Shown in pieces: positions 15,780-22,654 of a DNA stretch of 22,654 nucleotides. The position numbers and the translations under genes are program-made. The stretch comes from an uncultured Candidatus Bathyarchaeia archaeon (GTDB lineage: Archaea; Thermoproteota; Bathyarchaeia; Bathyarchaeales; Bathycorpusculaceae), in the NCBI GenBank assembly GCA_964450845.1, contig CAYVGZ010000017.1, forward strand, positions 1 to 22,654, in the 5' to 3' direction. Below the pieces are notes generated by a model. The model did no database searches. It saw nothing but the letters and a program-made list of their open reading frames with translations, and was not told the DNA's origin. The stretch's first letter is position 1. Every line of letters begins with the position of its first letter.

Positions 15780-16040
15780 TTACAATATTCCAAGTTTGAT
15801 TGCAATATCAGTCGCTTTGTAGTTTGGGTGAAGTTTGACAAAGGCTTTCTTTTCTCCTTGGGGTGTTATTAGAAGGTTGACCTTTTCAACTTCAACTTCG
15901 TATAGCTCTTCAACCGCCTTTTTCACATCATTTTTGCTTGCCTTCAGATTGACTATGAGAACTAGTTTGTTTTCTTTTTCAACCATTAGGCTCGCGGACT
16001 CGGTCATCAACGGATAATATATAGTTTCGTAGGGATCCAT
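15780..16040 (-). CDS. rpl23p: 50S ribosomal protein L23
   Basis: YPLMTE, ENKLV, K-x2-VKKAVE-x-LY, G-x-KKAFVKL. Confidence 0.97.
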   Translation of the reverse strand: MDPYETIYYPLMTESASLMVEKENKLVLIVNLKASKNDVKKAVEELYEVEVEKVNLLITPQGEKKAFVKLHPNYKATDIAIKLGIL

Positions 16041-16840
16041 TACGATTCACCTTCCCTGCAGTAAAGTTCATCCAGTTTTCCGACTGCATTGTTTGTCCAT
16101 AATGTTAGCCTTCCCGGATGCGTTCCCGGAGCAAGTATTTCAGCATTCAAATTGTTAACAGTAACAACTTCGACGCCTGGTATGTTTCTTGCGGCTTCCA
16201 TTATTCCCTTGTTTTCAGCCACAACTACAAGGGGGCCTACAGCCTGCTTTGTTTTTCTACCTCTGTGTTTACCTTTTCCAGCGCGGATTTTTCTACTCTC
16301 TTTTACTCGATAAATGTCTGAGAAGACGCCTAAGTGTATAAGGGCTTCTTCGACCTCTTTGACTTTCTTTAACCCTTCTAAATCATCTGTAACTATTAGT
16401 GGGATTTCTGGAACGTCCTCAATTGAATGCCCTCGTGAGGCTACAACTTCTTTGGATGCTGTTGCAGCTATTGCGGAAAGAAGAGCGAGACGTTTTTCCT
16501 TCTTTGGAATTCTTTTAACAATTTTCTTTTCAGAAACTGGTGGGTGTGCTGCCCTTCCGCCAACTGTTCCTGGGGCTAGGGCTCCTCTCCCTCTAGGTCC
16601 TTTACTTCTTGGTATTCTGGCAATACCTAGATTTACGCCTCTGGATTCTGCTGTTGTTCTCTTCCCAGCCATGGGGTCTCTGCCTTGGGATTGAAACCTA
16701 TTTGACTGTATTGCTAGAACAGCGCGTTTAATGACGTCTGGTCTCAACGCTATTCCAAAAACAGGTGGAAGCTCTATTTTTTCGGTAGGTTTTCCTTCAA
16801 GGTTGAAGATTTTCGCTGTTTTTTTGGGCATTGTTTTCAC
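16040..16840 (-). CDS. rpl4p: 50S ribosomal protein L4
   Basis: LRPDVIKRAV, GRDPMAGKRTTAES, APGTVGGR-x-AHPP, RAGKGKHRGR, LAPGTHPGRL. Start may be ATG 16831. Confidence 0.97.
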   Translation of the reverse strand: MKTMPKKTAKIFNLEGKPTEKIELPPVFGIALRPDVIKRAVLAIQSNRFQSQGRDPMAGKRTTAESRGVNLGIARIPRSKGPRGRGALAPGTVGGRAAHPPVSEKKIVKRIPKKEKRLALLSAIAATASKEVVASRGHSIEDVPEIPLIVTDDLEGLKKVKEVEEALIHLGVFSDIYRVKESRKIRAGKGKHRGRKTKQAVGPLVVVAENKGIMEAARNIPGVEVVTVNNLNAEILAPGTHPGRLTLWTNNAVGKLDELYCREGES

Positions 16841-16843
16841 CGT

Positions 16844-17857
16844 TTATCTCCCTTGAGGGGATTTGAGGGATATTTGTGTGATTTGTGGCGGTTCTTCTGC
16901 AGTTTGTTTTGGTGGGCGTGCTGGATAACGTATTTTTATTGGACGCTTTTCTGGGCCTGATATGCTTCCCTCTAATAGCATGTAGGGTCCACGGATTACG
17001 CCGTATCTCGTGAAGCCTCCTTTAGGTGTGATTTCTTTGCCATCAGTGCCTATTTTCAGAATGCGTTTGTTGTACTCGGTTCTTTGGTGGAAGCCCATCT
17101 GTCCAGCCCTTGGGACGCTATACATGACATGGTGGGGGTTCCATGGGCCAAGAGTTGCTATGCCTCTTTTTGTTTTTCTTCCTTTATGTTGGAGTATTCC
17201 TACTCCCCAGCGCTTTACTGGTCCCTGAAAGCCTTTGCCAATAGACACAGCTATTGCGTCTACGTATTGTCCTTCCTTGAATATTTCTGGGGGAGTTATG
17301 GTTTTTCCGATTAGGCTTTTTGCAAATTCAAATTGTTGCTGGATTGCGCCTCCACCCATTTCTATTTCTGCCATTTCTGGCTTTTTCTTTGACATGCTGG
17401 TTTGTTTTGGCTGGGTTACAGCTATGACACGGATTTTTGTCAGCTCGGCTAAATTTTCTTCGACTTTTTTGAAGTTCTCTTCTGTTTTGAAGTTTTCTGG
17501 AAGTGTAAATATTCGTTCTAGCTCTTCTGGCGGTTCTTTCATCCAAGCTTCTGTTAGGATTTGGAGGCCGTTGGGGTTTCTTGTGTAGGCTCTTATGGCG
17601 CATATGAGCATGGGTGGGGTTTCTAAGACCGTTGTTGAACAGAGTATTTCTTTGCCATAATTTGGAGAACGTTTCCTGTCCTCTATGGTGAAAACGTGGG
17701 TCATGCCAGCTTTATAGCCTATAAAACCTAGCAGCCTAGGTGTGTCCGCCTCTATTTTTGGCCAGTAACGTATTCTAGCCAATAAGCGTTTAGCACGTTT
17801 CCTAGGCAAATAAGCAAGTGAACCGTGTTTTGGCGCGTGCTGTTTTCTATGACCCAT
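16844..17857 (-). CDS. rpl3p: 50S ribosomal protein L3
   Basis: HAPKHGSLAYLPRKRA, GYKAGMTH, GKGFQGPVKRWG, PRAGQMGFHQRTEYNKRI. Confidence 0.97.
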   Translation of the reverse strand: MGHRKQHAPKHGSLAYLPRKRAKRLLARIRYWPKIEADTPRLLGFIGYKAGMTHVFTIEDRKRSPNYGKEILCSTTVLETPPMLICAIRAYTRNPNGLQILTEAWMKEPPEELERIFTLPENFKTEENFKKVEENLAELTKIRVIAVTQPKQTSMSKKKPEMAEIEMGGGAIQQQFEFAKSLIGKTITPPEIFKEGQYVDAIAVSIGKGFQGPVKRWGVGILQHKGRKTKRGIATLGPWNPHHVMYSVPRAGQMGFHQRTEYNKRILKIGTDGKEITPKGGFTRYGVIRGPYMLLEGSISGPEKRPIKIRYPARPPKQTAEEPPQITQISLKSPQGR

Positions 17858-17897
17858 TGTTTTTCGCTTCGCGTCTTTTAGGAGTGAAGAAATTAAG

Positions 17898-17904
17898 TTA
17901 TAAA
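17898..17904 (-). promoter_or_regulatory. Candidate TATA box for the rpl3 operon
   Basis: TTTATAA on the - strand about 40 nt upstream of the rpl3 ATG. Confidence 0.5.
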
Positions 17905-18035
17905 CGTTACCGTTATGTTTTGTGTTCAGAGCGTTGTCTTTATTTTTGTTGCTTTGACCTTAATGTTTAGCATTGCATAAACCGTGCAAGAGTGGTTAAT
18001 CTAGTCAAAAAGCTCTCTGCGGGACTAGACCCCCC

Positions 18036-18063
18036 TTTATATAGATTGAACTTTTGGTTCAAT
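18036..18063 (+). promoter_or_regulatory. Candidate pyrE TATA box plus operator-like palindrome
   Basis: TTTATATA at 18036-18043 followed by ATTGAAC-ttttg-GTTCAAT at 18045-18063. Confidence 0.5.
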
Positions 18064-18116
18064 GATTATTATGAAGGGTGATAGCCTCTAGCAAATGTTA
18101 AATTTAGGCGTAGAGA

Positions 18117-18749
18117 ATGGTTTTGGGGATTCGTGTGTCGGATAGTGTATCTCAGGTTGCCGATGCACTTTATCGTTCCAGTTGCCTAAAGTTTGGCAGT
18201 TTTAGGATTAAGTCTGGAGCCTTAAGCCCATACTATATTGATCTTGCATGTTTGCTTTCTTCTCCAAAAGATTTGTGTAATGTTGCAGAAAAAGCGGCGT
18301 GCGAAATAAGGAACATTATGGCTATTGATAGAATAGATAAGTTGGCTTCAATTGAGCTGAAAGGTGCTCTAATCTTACCCAGTATAGCTTGTCAAGTGAA
18401 TCTTCCATGTGTCATCGTGAGAAAAGAAGACAAAGCTTATGGCGTGACTGGTAGAATTGCTGGTGCGGAAGTTGTTAAGGGTGAGAGTATACTGTTTTTT
18501 GATGATGTCGTTAGCGAAGGGTTGTCTAAGCTGGAAGGAATAAAACATTTGGAAGAGCTTGGAGCCCATGTCAAGCATTTGATGGTCGTAGTGGACAGAG
18601 AGCAAGGTGGCAAGGATAGCCTTGAAAAGTTAGGCTATAAAGTTCATGCTCTAGCGAAGATTTCAGAACTTGTCAATTGTCTTCTTCAATCTGGAAACAT
18701 TTCAAAAGGGCAAGCAGATGCCGTTATGAATTACATTAAAAGGTCTTGA
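18117..18749 (+). CDS. pyrE: Orotate phosphoribosyltransferase
   Basis: KFG-x-F-x-IKSG-x2-SPYYID, VRKE-x-K-x-YG, PRPP-binding FFDDVVSEG-x-S, VVVDREQGG. Start may be GTG 18135. Confidence 0.93.
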   Translation: MVLGIRVSDSVSQVADALYRSSCLKFGSFRIKSGALSPYYIDLACLLSSPKDLCNVAEKAACEIRNIMAIDRIDKLASIELKGALILPSIACQVNLPCVIVRKEDKAYGVTGRIAGAEVVKGESILFFDDVVSEGLSKLEGIKHLEELGAHVKHLMVVVDREQGGKDSLEKLGYKVHALAKISELVNCLLQSGNISKGQADAVMNYIKRS

Positions 18750-18794
18750 GGCAAGCATGAAGGGTAGAATTGTGAAGTTAGCGGTGTTCAGGGA

Positions 18795-19616
18795 TTATTT
18801 TAGTGTTTGGCATTTTGGACATATGTATGATGCTGTGCTTCCTGTTTTGATTTTTTCTATGGGCGTTTTGCAGGTGGGGCATGGTTTTCCTGTTTTGTAG
18901 CCTACTAGGAATTCGTTTATGGTGAATTTGCCGTTTTGTCCGTAGAAGTCTTTTTCGTAGGTTAATCCGCCTAGTTTGATGCTATGGTTCAATACGTCTC
19001 TGATTGCGTTGTACAGGTTGTTGATTTCTTTTTCAGACAGTGTGGAGATTTTTCGGTTTGGATGCAGTTTGGCTTTGAACAATATGTCTTGTATGTAGAC
19101 GTTTCCGATGCCTGCCACGTTCTTCTGGTCGATTAGGAAGCTCTTTATTCCTCCTTTTTTATTGCCTAAGAGGCTTTTGAAATGTTCTAGCGTGAATTCT
19201 TTGTCTGTTGGCGAGATTCCGAGTTGAGCCGTTAGCTTATGCTCATTCAAGTTCTTCTCTGATACGAGATGGACGTAGCCGAACCATTGAAATTGTATCG
19301 TGAAACCAGTTTTATCATTGAAGATTAGTTTGAATTGGTATTTTTCTGGAAGCGTTTGGTTTGGCTTAAAATAGAGCAAATCGGCGTTCATTCCACGATT
19401 TATGAACAGGTAGTACGAAGGGTCTAGTTTTATGACTAGCCATTTTCCTTTACTTGAAACACTATTAACTTTTTTTCCTCTAATTGTTTTCACGAATTTT
19501 TGAACTGGCATGTTTAGGTTTTTTGGTTGTTTGGCTTCAATGCCTGCAATGTGCTTTCCCATGATTTCTCTATTCATTTGTTTACTGATTACGGTTATTT
19601 CTGGAAGCTCTGGCAT
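18795..19616 (-). CDS. fpg: Fpg/Nei (MutM) family DNA glycosylase/AP lyase
   Basis: N-terminal MPELPE (start ATG 19616), KGKWL, H2TH motif LIDQ-x2-VAGIGNVY, C-terminal C4 zinc finger CPTC...CPKC. Confidence 0.9.
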   Translation of the reverse strand: MPELPEITVISKQMNREIMGKHIAGIEAKQPKNLNMPVQKFVKTIRGKKVNSVSSKGKWLVIKLDPSYYLFINRGMNADLLYFKPNQTLPEKYQFKLIFNDKTGFTIQFQWFGYVHLVSEKNLNEHKLTAQLGISPTDKEFTLEHFKSLLGNKKGGIKSFLIDQKNVAGIGNVYIQDILFKAKLHPNRKISTLSEKEINNLYNAIRDVLNHSIKLGGLTYEKDFYGQNGKFTINEFLVGYKTGKPCPTCKTPIEKIKTGSTASYICPKCQTLK

Positions 19617-19672
19617 AGTTATCACAAACCAACTTTTAAAATACGAAAAGCCAAGTTATAATTAAACTTTGT

Positions 19673-20221
19673 TTAGACATTGTTTCCCAACAATGTGAAA
19701 ATCTGTCTAGCCGCTTGTTCTGGTGTGTTTTCAGTGGTGTTTATTGTTATTTCTGGTTTTAACGGTGGCTCATATGGTTGTCCAATGCCAGGCACTGTTG
19801 GTGCTTTTCCTTTTAGTGCGCTGGTGTAGATTTGTTTTGGTGCGTGGTAGGTTTTTCCTCGTCTGGCTTCGCGTTCCATGCAAACTTTTAATGGACACTT
19901 CAAGTAGGCTTCTATGAATTTCGGGATTTCCTTTCTTGCGTTTTCGCGGTAACGCCTCAAATTTCCAGTGGCATCAATTACGACGTTTACACCGTTCTGC
20001 GTTAACAGTTTAGCAATGTAAACAAGCGTGACATAGACTATGTCGCGTTCCTTAAGTGAATAAGATGGTTTAGGAGTTAGAACCTTACGTAAAGCATCAG
20101 AAGACAACAACTGAGCACAAATGCCCTTCTGGTTGAGAAGCTTAAGCAAAGCCTCAGAAACAACCGATTTGCCGCTACCAGGCAAACCAGTAACCCAAAC
20201 ACACCAACCGTTTTGAACCAT
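19673..20221 (-). CDS. Adenylyl-sulfate kinase-like P-loop kinase
   Basis: VWVTGLPGSGKS, YLKCPL-x-VC-x2-RE, PK-x-IY...GI-x2-PYEPP; AGGAG SD 8 nt before ATG 20221. Substrate not established. Confidence 0.8.
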   Translation of the reverse strand: MVQNGWCVWVTGLPGSGKSVVSEALLKLLNQKGICAQLLSSDALRKVLTPKPSYSLKERDIVYVTLVYIAKLLTQNGVNVVIDATGNLRRYRENARKEIPKFIEAYLKCPLKVCMEREARRGKTYHAPKQIYTSALKGKAPTVPGIGQPYEPPLKPEITINTTENTPEQAARQIFTLLGNNV

Positions 20222-20234
20222 AACGCCTTCTCCT

Positions 20235-20642
20235 CTACGTTGGTAATATTGTTTCATGCATAAATTCTCTTAAAAACTGACAGCCATCTACTTTGAACAG
20301 ATGGCTTTCGCACTTGCAATCTGACGAACCAAAACCTTTCACCGGGACACCTATTTCGCTTATGTTTTTCGCAATTTTGCATTCTTCAAGCTTTTCTGCT
20401 TTTTTATGGAACACCTTCACAACTTCTACATGAGCGTCATCAAGTAAGTGGTCTATGTGCCAAAACTTCTGCTTAGTCTTTCTAAGGTGCCGTTCTATAC
20501 GCTTTTCCAAATTGTTTTGGGCAGAACCCACATAAGCATACAAGCCCTTCTCAAAGTTTACGCAACCCAAAGCACCAACGTTAACGTCAATATCCTTACT
20601 GACTGAAAGGACTAAAACATAAATGCCCTTTGCCATGCTCAT
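20235..20642 (-). CDS. DUF123 GIY-YIG (Uri superfamily) putative endonuclease
   Basis: KGIYVL, G-x-YAYVGSA, R-x2-RH, WHIDHL, FGSSDC-x-C-x-SHL. Confidence 0.9.
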   Translation of the reverse strand: MSMAKGIYVLVLSVSKDIDVNVGALGCVNFEKGLYAYVGSAQNNLEKRIERHLRKTKQKFWHIDHLLDDAHVEVVKVFHKKAEKLEECKIAKNISEIGVPVKGFGSSDCKCESHLFKVDGCQFLREFMHETILPT

Positions 20643-20734
20643 CTATACCATTTCAAAATTTCCTCAACCGCCCCTTCAGAATAACCTATCTCCCTAAGCA
20701 TTCTCTTCAAATCCTCAACAGATTCAACATCCAA
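20639..20734 (-). CDS. Unannotated 31-aa protein MDVESVEDLKRMLREIGYSEGAVEEILKWYR
   Basis: TTG start with GGTG SD 7 nt upstream; TGA overlaps the DUF123 ATG (ATGA); amphipathic helix-GYS-helix pattern. Confidence 0.7.
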   Translation of the reverse strand: MDVESVEDLKRMLREIGYSEGAVEEILKWYR

Positions 20735-20955
20735 ACACAAACACCACAAACAATAACATCTAGTCAAGAAACTATTTATCCTTTCACCCTCAACGCTTCA
20801 ACTATAACAAAACAAGAACCACTTCACCATATAGCCTGTTGCAGCTTATACTAACGACTATATGTTCACCCCAGTCGCGTACGCAAGAAGCAAACCAGCT
20901 ACAAAAAACGCCAATCGTTGCGCAGTGCACCTAAACATACGGTATGCATGGAAAC

Positions 20956-22092
20956 CTAAGCTTCTAAGACATAGGAATTAACATTGTTTACATCAAATCG
21001 TTCAAAATGCAGAACATTTTTCACAAAACTCAGAATCTTGGTCCTTACATCCTTGCTAAGGTTAGGATACCATATAGGTGAAGCCACAACCAACCCACGC
21101 CAAGCATAAAAGGGCTGAACAGCCTCCAGAATCTCTAAGTCACCGGTTTTCTGTAAATAATTCTCCCAGAATAGACGGAACAAATGTTCAAAAGCCCCGG
21201 CTAATTTGCCATACTTCTGTAGTGAATAGAAAATGTAGTTAATTGTCAGGGCAGTAACATCGTCCGCAGGCTCACCCCATTCGCCTCGGCTTCGATCCAA
21301 AACCGTGAAATCAGTGCCCTCCCGAAACAGCACGTTCCATGGATGAAAGTCACCATGCACTTGACTAAGCCTGTGGGCTTTACGTTTAAGCCGCCAACGC
21401 CAAATGACACAGTCCTGTTCAACGTCAATCAAATTTGACTCGCTGGCAAAATCAAGGTCAGGCGGATAACTATCTAGCAAGCCCATAATGCATTCGCCGT
21501 GTCCAACAAGCTCTCGGGCGCGTCTAACATAAAGCCATGGTGCGTCTCGCTTAACCTTATGGATTTCAACTAAATAATCAGACAAAGCCAAACAACGCTG
21601 TTTGTCTAGCTCACTCAACTGCCCAGTATGCTTTATCCAATCTAGATCAAAATGGTAAAGCTTTCCATCCACAAGTTCAGTCACAATGAAAAATTCGCCA
21701 CAGTCACCTAAAGACCTCATACTTTTCCCATCGGTAGTCAATGCGCCTACATCTATAGAGCGCACATGCCGAGGCAACTTGTTAAATGTTGAATGTTGCC
21801 AAAGCAGAATCTGCGCGCGATCAGAAAAATGGTCATGCCCAAAACCTTCAGAAAACATGGTTTCTAAAACAACACTTTTAACTTCGTCATTAACACGAAA
21901 CTCAACAACGTATGGAACACCATAACCAAAGCCCTTCAGATCCTTTGAAGCCTCAGACTTCTTGCCATCAAGCCTCCAAACCTTACAAATTTCCACATCT
22001 GCGTCATATATGGAAGAGAGATATTTGCAGAGAGTACCTTCAGAAAGTTTTAGCAAACCACTTCCATTCTTTTTTGTTACCATCACTTCCAC
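20956..22092 (-). CDS. Aminoglycoside phosphotransferase (APH)/protein kinase-like superfamily enzyme
   Basis: Catalytic loop HGDFHPWN, metal-binding VLDRSR, GEPADD; Gly-rich KGFGYG. Start may be ATG 22083. Confidence 0.85.
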   Translation of the reverse strand: MEVMVTKKNGSGLLKLSEGTLCKYLSSIYDADVEICKVWRLDGKKSEASKDLKGFGYGVPYVVEFRVNDEVKSVVLETMFSEGFGHDHFSDRAQILLWQHSTFNKLPRHVRSIDVGALTTDGKSMRSLGDCGEFFIVTELVDGKLYHFDLDWIKHTGQLSELDKQRCLALSDYLVEIHKVKRDAPWLYVRRARELVGHGECIMGLLDSYPPDLDFASESNLIDVEQDCVIWRWRLKRKAHRLSQVHGDFHPWNVLFREGTDFTVLDRSRGEWGEPADDVTALTINYIFYSLQKYGKLAGAFEHLFRLFWENYLQKTGDLEILEAVQPFYAWRGLVVASPIWYPNLSKDVRTKILSFVKNVLHFERFDVNNVNSYVLEA

Positions 22093-22309
22093 CCAAGTAA
22101 CAACGCTTTGCTGTAGATTGAAGACTTAAAGTAAAAGTGGTAATTAAATATGTAGCAGGGTGACTTAAAACCGAGTGGCTTTACGAATAGCGTCATAGGG
22201 TTGCTCAAACAAGTTTCCTCACATCATGAATAAACAAACAAGAAGGAAAGTTTAAAAGTTTTAAGGGCACATGTTTTTACATTCCGCAACGTTTTCATGG
22301 CGATTAAAA

Positions 22310-22654
22310 ATGAACAGCATCATTCAAAACGGGACAATCTTAACAATGCATAATAGAAAAACAATTCGGCAGGGCGCAATCGCCATAGAGGATAAAGTCA
22401 TAGTTGACATTGGAAAAAATAGTGAACTTAAAAGAAAATATGGAACAGGCTATGAAAAAATAGATGCAAAAGGCAAGGTTGTCATACCAGGACTTATAAA
22501 CACGCATCAACATGCCGCAATGAGTTTGTTAAGGGGGTACGCAGATGATTTACCACTACAAGAATGGCTTGAGAAATGGATATGGCCCATAGAAAAATGC
22601 ATGAAAGCCCATGACATTTACATTGGAGCCCTACTAACAGCCATAGAATCCATA
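22310..22654 (+). CDS. Amidohydrolase, MTA/SAH or 5'-deoxyadenosine deaminase-like (5' part, truncated by window end)
   Basis: Translated by hand: IQNGTILTM...IDAKGKVVIPGLINTHQHAAMSLLRGYADDLPLQEWLEKWIWPIE; HxH metal motif; open to the window end. Confidence 0.88.
   Translation, partial: MNSIIQNGTILTMHNRKTIRQGAIAIEDKVIVDIGKNSELKRKYGTGYEKIDAKGKVVIPGLINTHQHAAMSLLRGYADDLPLQEWLEKWIWPIEKCMKAHDIYIGALLTAIESI

Noticed and set aside
17866-17872. GCGAAGC stable mini-hairpin in the rpl3 leader (- strand)
   Set aside because: A 7-mer with a 2-3 bp stem is expected by chance; no supporting context.
20858-20938. 26-aa hydrophobic ORF (MFRCTAQRLAFFVAGLLLAYATGVNI) and an overlapping 42-aa GTG ORF on the - strand
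   Set aside because: No clear SD or coupling, and the two frames compete; cannot be distinguished from chance.
72-21925. Many alternative-frame and antisense ORFs in the track (e.g. 72-335, 392-754, 5354-5845, 6859-7224, 9041-9316, 16314-16694, 17235-17588, 20630-20854, 21686-21925)
   Set aside because: They overlap well-supported genes and show Ser/Phe/Arg-rich shadow composition with no motifs.
22150-22227. Box C/D-like sRNA on the - strand (ATGATGT...TTGA...ATGACG)
   Set aside because: No CTGA box D at the expected spacing and no recognisable rRNA/tRNA target for the guide.
1-22654. CRISPR arrays, IS elements, frameshifts, Sec/Pyl read-through
   Set aside because: No regularly spaced repeats, transposase motifs or interrupted reading frames were found.

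Overview
Intact, gene-dense archaeal chromosomal window. Gene content (Fae-Hps, AcnX, aIF2-gamma, Rpo7/Spt4, e-type r-proteins, UPF0147/UPF0148) points to a TACK archaeon, most likely Bathyarchaeia; this is inference. It is mostly housekeeping: tmk, an HD-domain dNTPase-like gene, an AcnX (phosphomevalonate dehydratase-type) pair, an M32 carboxypeptidase, an MFS transporter, the rps6e-eif2g-PIN-rpoE1-spt4-DPCK-rps24e-rps27ae cluster, rpl3-rpl4-rpl23-rpl2-rps19, pyrE, Fpg/Nei, an APS-kinase-like gene, DUF123, an APH-like kinase and a truncated amidohydrolase. No CRISPR array, transposase or integrase was seen. The best leads are: (1) a tRNA-Glu(UUC) gene absent from the ORF track, with a 29-nt intron at the unusual position 10/11 and a leader copy of the 5' acceptor strand that could act as a splicing decoy; (2) a Fae-Hps enzyme fused to an N-terminal Fis-like HTH, preceded by direct and inverted repeats; (3) an unannotated 31-aa micro-ORF translationally coupled to DUF123; (4) kb-scale strand-composition blocks that are independent of gene direction. 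All assignments come from motif recognition by eye; no database searches were run.
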